Sequence record: OP599913.1
Length of the DNA stretch: 64,000 nt
Strand: one strand, 5' to 3'
The first letter of the stretch is position 1, and the number at the start of each line of letters is the position of its first letter. This document shows positions 1 through 7,621 of the stretch, one piece after another. The notes under the pieces were generated by a model. The model worked only from the letters and a program-made list of their open reading frames with translations. It was not told the DNA's origin and searched no databases. A program made the translations under genes and the position numbers.

Positions 1-1
1 T

Positions 2-274
2 AAGGAGAAGGAAGTAGAGTGGGAAAGGGCAGGTATCCCTCTACCGACTCAACGCTTTGTCTTTCGTTTGAAAGACTCCACCCCTGCGATGAGGTTATTG
101 GTAGGATTGCCCACCCCTAAAGACCTAGAGATAGAAGATGATCTTGGCGGAGCGCTACATGAGATCACCCAGGGTATCATCAGGAGGAAATCCGGTTACT
201 GGATGAATGACTATGAAGAAGTTAAGGGGGTTTATTTGGGTGTGATTAATGATATCTTACGGAGTAGAGAGTAG
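2..274 (+). CDS. Hypothetical protein, 5'-truncated by the window edge
   Basis: The frame of ORF 68..274 is open back to position 2 (KEKEVEWERAGIPLPTQRFVFRLKDS...), so the true start lies upstream of the window. Confidence 0.7.
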   Translation, partial: KEKEVEWERAGIPLPTQRFVFRLKDSTPAMRLLVGLPTPKDLEIEDDLGGALHEITQGIIRRKSGYWMNDYEEVKGVYLGVINDILRSRE

Positions 275-297
275 CCTACAACACTGGAGTATTCGTT

Positions 298-477
298 ATG
301 GCTAACAACGATGTTAAAATCGACCGTAAACTACTGGAATCCCTCGGTAAGGTTTATGACCATATTCCTGAAGAACGCCGACCGTACGACCCCAGCAGAC
401 CCGAAGGGGACGCAGGTATCCTCAAGACGTATGAGAAACCCAAGCGATTCAACTTTGAAATAAAAATCGGGAAATGA
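298..477 (+). CDS. Small hypothetical protein (59 aa, MANNDVKIDRKLLESLGK...FEIKIGK), below the ORF-track cutoff
   Basis: Translated by hand. GGAG SD at 286-289, and the stop overlaps the tmk start (ATGA at 474-477). Confidence 0.7.
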   Translation: MANNDVKIDRKLLESLGKVYDHIPEERRPYDPSRPEGDAGILKTYEKPKRFNFEIKIGK

Positions 478-1127
478 CTATGAATTTCGCTAGTCTCTAC
501 TCCGGAATGTTTTGTGTGGTGGAGGGGTTGGATGGAACGGGTAAGACCACTGTTGTTAATCGCATAACGGACTGGTTAGTAGAACGTGGTGTGGATGTGG
601 TTAAGACCCGAGAACCGGGTGGGACCCCGTACTGTAACCGTATCAGGGATTTGCTCCTGTCGCTGGATGAGGGTGGAGAAGGTCCTTGCCAAATGACGGA
701 ACTCCTGTTGTTCAATGCAGCTCGGGTACAACACCTTGAAACCTTGGTTAAACCCCGCTTACAAGCTGGGAAGTTTGTACTCTGTGATCGGTATGTGCAT
801 ACGACCATAGCGTACCAAGGGGAAGCCCGGGGATTGGGGGTAGGGAAAATCCTGGAGTTACACCGCTTGCTGACCCAAGACTTTTGGCCTCACTTTACGT
901 TCATTCTGGATGCACCGGTTGAGGTGGTGTTGGACCGAGTCCATCAACGGGGTGGTATGAACCGTCTGGATTCTCAAACGGTTGAATTCTATGAAAAGGC
1001 CCGTACAGCGTATCGTCGTATGGGGCAGACAGGCCGTGATTGCGCACTCATTGACGCCACTGTGAGTGAAGACGAGGTGTTCAATCAAATGACCACCTAT
1101 CTGGAACGCCTGTGTAATAAATATTAG
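474..1127 (+). CDS. tmk: Thymidylate kinase
   Basis: P-loop VEGLDGTGKTT, TREPGGT, LCDRY..TTIAYQG and RLD..EFYEK motifs of dTMP kinase. Confidence 0.95.
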   Translation: MTMNFASLYSGMFCVVEGLDGTGKTTVVNRITDWLVERGVDVVKTREPGGTPYCNRIRDLLLSLDEGGEGPCQMTELLLFNAARVQHLETLVKPRLQAGKFVLCDRYVHTTIAYQGEARGLGVGKILELHRLLTQDFWPHFTFILDAPVEVVLDRVHQRGGMNRLDSQTVEFYEKARTAYRRMGQTGRDCALIDATVSEDEVFNQMTTYLERLCNKY

Positions 1128-1136
1128 AACACATCG

Positions 1137-1169
1137 CTACTGCCTAGCCGTAATGGGCTAGGCAGTAGG
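1137..1169 (+). terminator. Intrinsic terminator hairpin
   Basis: ctactgcctagcc / ggctaggcagtag 13-bp inverted repeat just after the tmk stop. Confidence 0.75.
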
Positions 1170-1202
1170 TTGTCGTATTTTAACTTGCATGTTCTTTGAG
1201 GT

Positions 1203-1220
1203 CTATATCACTAGGGTGAA
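1203..1220 (+). promoter_or_regulatory. Putative phage early-type promoter motif (CTATATCAC...GTGAA)
   Basis: Member of a motif that recurs upstream of genes at 18754, 19818, 37220, 42187 and 52793. Confidence 0.5.
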
Positions 1221-1263
1221 TAAGGCATTGGTTTCCTTAGTCAATTAAAGGAGGATATGCTCT

Positions 1264-1785
1264 ATGCTGGCGATACTAGACGAAAGTCTTGAGTTGGCTA
1301 AACGTTTCGAAAACGTGATGGCCCGCATAGATAATTCAATGGCTTTTGATCCCGAATGGAGGAGCTCAGGGAATATGTACGAGGGTGCTGTAGGACTTCA
1401 ACTCCCAGTGGGTAAAGTCTTTAAAGCACTGGATCCTAAAACAGGTCGTCGTCTTATTTTGATCGGTACGGACTGTGGTACCGTGGTGATCTTCGAACAT
1501 AACGGTCGTGACAAGACCGGATCCAAGTTTGCCTTGGCGTATAACGCTGACCCTGCCTTAGACTTTATGTTGGGAGGAAGTCGGCTCTCAATCGCCCAAT
1601 TTAGTCTGGCGATTACGGATTATGATATCGAAGAGAACATCGGTATCAGTCTCCGTCGCTTGATTCAACAGGTGAACCGGAGCACGCAGGATAAGAACAA
1701 GGAAGAGAAGATCATAAAAACCCCAAAGGGAATACCCCCGTCTAAAGTACTGTCAGGGTTCTTTGGTTGGGGGGAGTCTGCTTAA
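1264..1785 (+). CDS. Hypothetical protein
   Basis: 173-aa ORF with a strong GAGGA SD, downstream of the promoter motif. Confidence 0.8.
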   Translation: MLAILDESLELAKRFENVMARIDNSMAFDPEWRSSGNMYEGAVGLQLPVGKVFKALDPKTGRRLILIGTDCGTVVIFEHNGRDKTGSKFALAYNADPALDFMLGGSRLSIAQFSLAITDYDIEENIGISLRRLIQQVNRSTQDKNKEEKIIKTPKGIPPSKVLSGFFGWGESA

Positions 1786-1847
1786 CACCTAAACGAATGA
1801 AACCCAACATCCACAAGGATGTACTTTCGCACACATGAGGATACTCC

Positions 1848-2303
1848 ATGAAAACGTTTTTCCTGTCTATTTCAACCGTCTTCACTTTCCTGTTCTTGCA
1901 ACTGGCCAATGCGGCGGGTAATGAAGAAATCATGTTCAACTGCACCTTGAAGGACGGTGCTGAGGTCAAGCTGACCCAGATTCCTCAAGGTGACCTGTGG
2001 ACCCTGACCATCGGGTACCCGGAAAAAGTCCAAGTCAGTTTTACCAAGCCTGGGAATGACATGGGTAAACAGTTCTCCTACCACCGTGAGACCAATCTCG
2101 CTACCCGTGAAGTCTTCATAACCAACCCGACGGGTAACTGGTTCTATACCCTCGGGGTGGATGATAACGGTAAGGCTAAAAGCGGTTATATCCAAGTTAT
2201 GAACAGCGGAACAGAAACAGCCTACGAACATTGTGTGACAGGAAGCCTTCGTGAGCAGTTCGAAAAAGAAGGTGCCTTTGTCAACATGACGGTCGTGGAT
2301 TGA
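1848..2303 (+). CDS. Putative secreted/periplasmic protein
   Basis: Sec-type signal peptide MKTFFLSISTVFTFLFLQLANA|A, two Cys in the mature part, GAGGA SD. Confidence 0.75.
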   Translation: MKTFFLSISTVFTFLFLQLANAAGNEEIMFNCTLKDGAEVKLTQIPQGDLWTLTIGYPEKVQVSFTKPGNDMGKQFSYHRETNLATREVFITNPTGNWFYTLGVDDNGKAKSGYIQVMNSGTETAYEHCVTGSLREQFEKEGAFVNMTVVD

Positions 2304-2310
2304 ACCTGTT

Positions 2311-2358
2311 GGGGGAGTGAGCGTTCGCTCCCCCTGCTCCAATCTTTATTTTTTTTTT
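2311..2358 (+). terminator. Intrinsic terminator
   Basis: gggggag / ctccccc stem followed by a long T tract. Confidence 0.7.
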
Positions 2359-2376
2359 CTAGAAGGGATACCACCA

Positions 2377-3057
2377 ATGGAAGCCGATGCGAAAACCCTT
2401 GGGGAAATCAAGTTACTGTCTGACATCAAACTTATCCTAGGCGGTAGAATTCCCACGGATTTAGTACACAAGGTCTTTAACCACTTGAAGCATAATCATC
2501 AGGATGGGTATGACCACTACTACTTGCTGGATTCCCTCAACGTCGCTAAGCGTCTAATAGACCACCAGGATAATCTAACAGAACATGATGTTTTGCTTAT
2601 CTACACTATTATCCTGTTACTTGAGACGGGTCGTCCTATTACGAAACGTCATCCCTATGAAGTCTCTCCAGGAGTAGGGTGGATGTTTCTTCGGTATTAT
2701 GCGGACGGGATCTTTACACCTGAGGACGAACGTTTCATTTCACAATCCTGTCGGCCTATCAAAGCAGATACTATTCGAATGTCTTCCTACACCTTCGTTG
2801 AGTTGGTCATTCACAGCACTAAGCGCTTAACGGATGTCGTCAATCAGAAGTATCAAAAGCTATACGACGAGTTTGCTGTACTCACCGGATTACCCCCTTG
2901 TTCTAAGAAATTGAATAAGGCCTTTTTGGAGGAATATGGTCCTAAAGGTAATCTATGGGATGGGTTCACCACTTCAACTAAGGACATTTTCGCTTTAGAA
3001 ATATCCAACTTCAAGAAGAAAATCGGTCCATTCGTGGACGAACTTAACGTTCGATGA
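2377..3057 (+). CDS. HD-domain-like protein (degenerate)
   Basis: Start refined to ATG 2377 (AAGGG SD). The pattern HYY..SLNVAKRL...VLLIYTIILLLETGR...HPYEVS matches HD-fold spacing, but LE replaces HD. Confidence 0.6.
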   Translation: MEADAKTLGEIKLLSDIKLILGGRIPTDLVHKVFNHLKHNHQDGYDHYYLLDSLNVAKRLIDHQDNLTEHDVLLIYTIILLLETGRPITKRHPYEVSPGVGWMFLRYYADGIFTPEDERFISQSCRPIKADTIRMSSYTFVELVIHSTKRLTDVVNQKYQKLYDEFAVLTGLPPCSKKLNKAFLEEYGPKGNLWDGFTTSTKDIFALEISNFKKKIGPFVDELNVR

Positions 3058-3069
3058 GAGGATAAACCT

Positions 3070-3474
3070 ATGTACAACGTTATCGCAAATGCGGTGCTTC
3101 TGACCACATATGCTGTAATCGTGCTGCTAGTTGTTCAGCGCTATCTAGAAGCTAAGGGTATGCGTTACTCCATTAAGCGAATAGAGAACGGTCGTATTTT
3201 TAGCTTCTCGTTAGGGGTATACGCAGGGAAGATACGGATCCTGCATTCTCCGGACTGTACAGACCCGATCTTCAAACGCCGTTATGATGGATGGGAAGTG
3301 ACCTTTCCTGAACACTTTACGGAAGAGCAGATGGACCATTACATCATGCACCACGAACCCTTTGGGGAACACAATGCGTCTCATTCGAAGGATTTTGTTG
3401 TCTTCAGAGAAGTCATGATTCGCAAGAACAATGAGGTTTCGTGCGTAGATGGGAATATCTTCTGCCAAGCGTAA
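3070..3474 (+). CDS. Hypothetical membrane-anchored protein
   Basis: N-terminal hydrophobic helix (VIANAVLLTTYAVIVLLVV) and GAGGA SD. Confidence 0.75.
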   Translation: MYNVIANAVLLTTYAVIVLLVVQRYLEAKGMRYSIKRIENGRIFSFSLGVYAGKIRILHSPDCTDPIFKRRYDGWEVTFPEHFTEEQMDHYIMHHEPFGEHNASHSKDFVVFREVMIRKNNEVSCVDGNIFCQA

Positions 3475-3487
3475 TGAACCCATACAG

Positions 3488-3540
3488 TACCCTCCCTACC
3501 CCGCAAAGGGTAGGGAGGGTATGCAGTACACCTTTTTTGT
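3488..3540. terminator. Bidirectional terminator between convergent genes
   Basis: taccctccctaccc / gggtagggagggta 14-bp stem. Confidence 0.75.
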
Positions 3541-4449
3541 TTAACCCATGTACAACTGACCGGCAGCGCCGTCCACTTGGGCTTTCTGATCGATCATCCG
3601 TTCGATGGTACCGGATGGCGACGAGGTGACAGCCGCAGAACGCTGTTTGAAGCCCGGAGGGGCAGCAATGGCATCCGGGTTGTACAGCGGAAGGAGTTTC
3701 AACATCTGACGAGCAATCTGTTTCACGGCCAGGGTGTCGAATTCCACCAAACCGGTGAACTCCATGGTGATCTGACGGATTGCGCCTTCTTCGCTCTTGT
3801 TACGCTTGATTTCAATCGGAACAGAGGTACGGGGCATCATACCAACCACCAAGGCAGCGTGAGCAATGTCCTTCATGGTGTGGGTGGGTTCGAAGTAGAT
3901 GCACGAGACCGATACTTCATCGATCAGCATGTCACCCGGATTGTCCAGGATGACAATCTTGGCGTTCAGGACTTCCGAATCCATGACCAGCCATTGTTGC
4001 CAGACCTTGAACATCTTGGTGAACACTTCACCGATGCAATCGTAACCAGTATGCGTGACTTGACCCATTGAACGGGTAGCGCCCGACGGAATGGAGAGTA
4101 CGTGACCCGTCCATTCCATTTGAGCAAACTGAACCTCAGTCATGTCACGGAGACCTTCGAACGACTGAGAACGGTTTTCAAACCACGCCTTACACAGCGA
4201 ATGCAACGCAGTGCCACCCGGCAGTCGGGAGAAGGCAGCGGGAGTCGAGAGGACAATACACCACCCCAGTTGACTGACGTGAGGTTGTGCGCTGACATAC
4301 TCGAAGACGTTACCAGCCCAACCGTACATACCCCCGAATTGGGCGTTAATAACCGGACGGTTTTGCAGGTCCAGAGCCCGTACGAAGGGATCGGACTTCG
4401 GGAGTAGGGTCGTACTGGACCGATGAGGGAAGTTCGTTTCATTAGCCAT
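3541..4449 (-). CDS. Tail tube protein (phiKZ gp30-like)
   Basis: 302-aa beta-rich protein immediately downstream of the sheath gene, with C-terminal EIKRNK..GAIRQITMEFTG. Assignment rests on synteny. Confidence 0.75.
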   Translation of the reverse strand: MANETNFPHRSSTTLLPKSDPFVRALDLQNRPVINAQFGGMYGWAGNVFEYVSAQPHVSQLGWCIVLSTPAAFSRLPGGTALHSLCKAWFENRSQSFEGLRDMTEVQFAQMEWTGHVLSIPSGATRSMGQVTHTGYDCIGEVFTKMFKVWQQWLVMDSEVLNAKIVILDNPGDMLIDEVSVSCIYFEPTHTMKDIAHAALVVGMMPRTSVPIEIKRNKSEEGAIRQITMEFTGLVEFDTLAVKQIARQMLKLLPLYNPDAIAAPPGFKQRSAAVTSSPSGTIERMIDQKAQVDGAAGQLYMG

Positions 4450-4459
4450 CTTTCATTCC

Positions 4460-6628
4460 TCAGGCCGCAGTAGTGGCCAGATCCTGTTGGTTGTAAGCGT
4501 AGAGATCGAATTCCATCATGTACTTGGCTTTGTTAAACCAAGCGTGGAGAATCACACGCAGTTTCGCACGGGATCCGAGCGTTCCAGTTTCGTAGAACGT
4601 TTCTGCGACGATGTTGGAGACTTCACCCCCTACCGCGTTACGGCACGCGCTCTCGATCTCGTCTTTCATGATGGAGGCGTAGTTATCTGCGGTGATGGTA
4701 CGGTCACCACAAACGATGCGCCATTGATCCGCGGAGATCTTCTCCATCGCCACGCACAGGAACGGGTTAGCCAGGTCCTTGAGGACCGAGTCGGGGTTCG
4801 GGTGAATGGTGGGGAGACCCGGACGGTACGTTTGAACGTTCCAGTCCCAAGGCTTCAGGGAGATATGGCCGTTGCTGAAGTTCTCAGCCGCCACTTCATC
4901 TTCTTCGAAGACGATGTTGGGGGAGTGCATCAGACGGAGTTTACGGTTATCCGCATGATCCGGTGCGTTTGGAGTGACGATCAGACCGTCGATGTTACCT
5001 GCCCATAGCGCAAAGGCATAGGCCAGGTCGATGTTACCCGAGAAGTACCAGCCGGTCGGTTCATCGGTGACTTTCGCCTCGATGAGGTTCACAGCTGCAC
5101 GGCAGGCTGGGGTACCCCACTTCTCAGACTCGACCGTCATGCGCAGTCGATTGGTGATCATTGCAGCCCGAGAATAGATCTCTTCGAGACTGTTCTTCTC
5201 ACCCGGTCTCCAGACACAGGCGTCTGCTACAACCAGAATGTCCTTACGGGCACCCAGGAACTGCTCGGCGATATCTTTTACTTCTTGGGAATAACCAATA
5301 TCCCAGAAGATCGATTGACGGTTACGGGTGGTGTCTTTCATTTCCACACCATTCACGTAACTGGTCAGATCCGCCACCATCAGTTTGTTGGTGATTTCCC
5401 ACGCCTGAAGGTGAGTGAGAGGACGCTCGGTGTTAGTCAGCAGACCAAAGGGATCGTTGACTGTCGGCTTGGTAACGTAATCAGGTACCTTACCGTCCTT
5501 ATCCAGGAACGGCGAAATACCGCCCGAGGATTTAATAGCGCCGCTCAGGTCCCACTTGATAACACCCGAGGTGGTGATGGCGTAGTAAGGCGCGCCGTTG
5601 TGGTTGGTGCAGGTGAACGGGTTCATCTGCTTGTAGTACTCACCGGGAACACCGACTTCTACCAGGGTATCATTTTCCGGCTGTTCCACCACATACATCA
5701 TCTGACACAGGGTGTCGATGTTGTCCTGGTAAACGACCAGGTCGTTGAACGGAGCCGGAACCGGGTTACCCGGGGCGTTCTTGTTACGACCAGTAAAGGA
5801 GCCGAAACCCGTTTGCAGGCTGTACTGAACGCCGTTGAGGGACACCGGGAACAGGGTGAACTTGGCACTTTCCTGTTGGAGGGTGGTTTTCGAATACACA
5901 CGAGTCCCATCGACTCCATCGGTGAACTGACGGAGGTCGTAAGGGAAAGTACCCGTGGACCGAACGAATTCGGAAATGGAACGCCAATTCAGCGCGTCCG
6001 CACGGACACCCAGGTTAAGGCCCGACTTGTTGTATTCGTCACCGACACCAGCCACCCCTTCGAACAGGGGGAGTACCAGGGTTTCAGGGGTATCACCACT
6101 GGCGGCGATGGTGCGGACTTCGAGCGCGCCGGGTTCTTTACCCGCTGCGGCATCATCGATTTTGATTTCGATGTTCAGACCGTTCGGGTAGGTTTTACCC
6201 GGGATCGGAATACGCTCGCCGTTTTCGTTATACTTCCAACGGCCGTTGGCATCCCGCTCGTAGGCTTGAACTTCCACTTTCTGAACAAACGCAGAGAGCG
6301 AGGCTTTCGAAACCACTTCGTTGACCGAGAGGCGGCGAATACCAATGGTGTTCTGGCGACCCAGGGCGAGGGCCTGGATCAGGACCGACGTTGGGCTGTA
6401 GTAGGGCGACTTCTCGTCGAAAATGTCACCAAAGATCTTTTTGACGTCTTGGGGGGCTACCCATTGGGTGCCTGCTTTAGACGCCAGTTTTCCTTTGGGG
6501 AAGATACCGTGGATAACAGGAAGGTGGAGCGGGGTGGTTGGCGGGGACGTGTCATATTCTGGAATAGAGTTGTCCCGAATCCCACTAATGTCCACCTTTC
6601 CAGGGACGATTCTGTTGAAAACAGTCAT
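4460..6628 (-). CDS. Contractile tail sheath protein (phiKZ gp29-like)
   Basis: Start refined to MTVFNRIVPG (GAGG SD), about 722 aa. Shows the IFWDIGYS..VK, GTPACRA and LRVILHAWFNKAKYMMEFDL sheath-like motifs and precedes the tube gene. Confidence 0.85.
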   Translation of the reverse strand: MTVFNRIVPGKVDISGIRDNSIPEYDTSPPTTPLHLPVIHGIFPKGKLASKAGTQWVAPQDVKKIFGDIFDEKSPYYSPTSVLIQALALGRQNTIGIRRLSVNEVVSKASLSAFVQKVEVQAYERDANGRWKYNENGERIPIPGKTYPNGLNIEIKIDDAAAGKEPGALEVRTIAASGDTPETLVLPLFEGVAGVGDEYNKSGLNLGVRADALNWRSISEFVRSTGTFPYDLRQFTDGVDGTRVYSKTTLQQESAKFTLFPVSLNGVQYSLQTGFGSFTGRNKNAPGNPVPAPFNDLVVYQDNIDTLCQMMYVVEQPENDTLVEVGVPGEYYKQMNPFTCTNHNGAPYYAITTSGVIKWDLSGAIKSSGGISPFLDKDGKVPDYVTKPTVNDPFGLLTNTERPLTHLQAWEITNKLMVADLTSYVNGVEMKDTTRNRQSIFWDIGYSQEVKDIAEQFLGARKDILVVADACVWRPGEKNSLEEIYSRAAMITNRLRMTVESEKWGTPACRAAVNLIEAKVTDEPTGWYFSGNIDLAYAFALWAGNIDGLIVTPNAPDHADNRKLRLMHSPNIVFEEDEVAAENFSNGHISLKPWDWNVQTYRPGLPTIHPNPDSVLKDLANPFLCVAMEKISADQWRIVCGDRTITADNYASIMKDEIESACRNAVGGEVSNIVAETFYETGTLGSRAKLRVILHAWFNKAKYMMEFDLYAYNQQDLATTAA

Positions 6629-6706
6629 GGCAACCTCGTGGGGGAAAAGTTTGAAGCAATCGTATGAACCCATTTTCAGGGCCGTACAGTGTAATAAGGC
6701 ACTGTC

Positions 6707-6720
6707 ACATAACATGTTAT
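6707..6720. promoter_or_regulatory. Palindrome ATAACATGTTAT containing a late-promoter-like ATGTTATG on the minus strand
   Basis: Perfect 12-bp palindrome at 6709-6720 between the divergent sheath and structural operons. phiKZ late promoters have a TATG core. Confidence 0.45.
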
Positions 6721-6737
6721 TTTAAGGAATATCTACC

Positions 6738-7616
6738 ATGCTGATCAATGCCTATGACACCACGGTCGGTAAAGTGATCCGGGCGTCTCACCACGTAGAC
6801 GAAGTCATCAAAACCCTTCATCTGACTAACAATCTGTCTCCCACTAAGAAAGACAAGGTCTACGTTATTACGCACGCCACCAACGTTCCGTTTTCGACCA
6901 TTGCTTTTCCGATTACTTTACAGACCCATACCCGCCAAACCATTACGGTGTATGACGAACGTCCGTACCGGGATAAACAGAACCGAGTCACGAACCAGAA
7001 TGACCTGACCATTATGCGACTGGCGGCGTTTCTACAACAGGATGTTGCTGAGTTGAACTTCAGTCCGGTTAAGCTGAGTCGCAATATGGTAACCAAAGCC
7101 TTTAGTGACGCGCTAACCCAACGGTTAACGATGCGGGGTGGTTTGGATATCGTAGAGTCTTCGACCCTGAAGGTGTTGATTGGGTATTATGTGGTTTGTC
7201 TTCAAGAGAACCCGAACAATGACCTGGTCTTTGTGGTTGAGAATGTCCTGCGTAATGTGTACGGGATGGAAAAAGACTTTGTATTGGGGGTCATTGCCGA
7301 TCTCCCTCATCTGAGTAAGCTGGAAGACCTCCTCAGTGAGATTCGTAAGAATCCTGTGTTGTATAAACTCAAAGGGATGGGTCTTAAGGACTTCATTGCT
7401 GTGGTGGGTGGATTGGCCTTTACGGGGCTGGGGAAACAGGTCTTTGAAGCTGCGTCTGAAGCACCTTGCTTGTTGACGGCCTTTGTCTATGGTGCAGCAC
7501 GTTTCAGGGCGCTGAATAAAACACCGCTGGGAATGGCATTGGATCCTAAATACAACAAAGGGATCCTGGATACCTTCCTTAAGAACATCGATTACACGTA
7601 TGATCTCAACGGGTAA
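6738..7616 (+). CDS. Virion structural protein (phiKZ gp28-like by synteny)
   Basis: 292-aa ORF with AAGGA SD, divergent from the sheath in the conserved terminase-structural block. Confidence 0.7.
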   Translation: MLINAYDTTVGKVIRASHHVDEVIKTLHLTNNLSPTKKDKVYVITHATNVPFSTIAFPITLQTHTRQTITVYDERPYRDKQNRVTNQNDLTIMRLAAFLQQDVAELNFSPVKLSRNMVTKAFSDALTQRLTMRGGLDIVESSTLKVLIGYYVVCLQENPNNDLVFVVENVLRNVYGMEKDFVLGVIADLPHLSKLEDLLSEIRKNPVLYKLKGMGLKDFIAVVGGLAFTGLGKQVFEAASEAPCLLTAFVYGAARFRALNKTPLGMALDPKYNKGILDTFLKNIDYTYDLNG

Positions 7617-7621
7617 CAGTT

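Noticed and set aside
5285-6667. 460-aa antisense ORF opposite the tail sheath, and similar long antisense frames at 10561..11703, 57840..58976 and 60181..61173
   Set aside because: Same shadow-frame explanation; each is fully nested in a well-supported gene.
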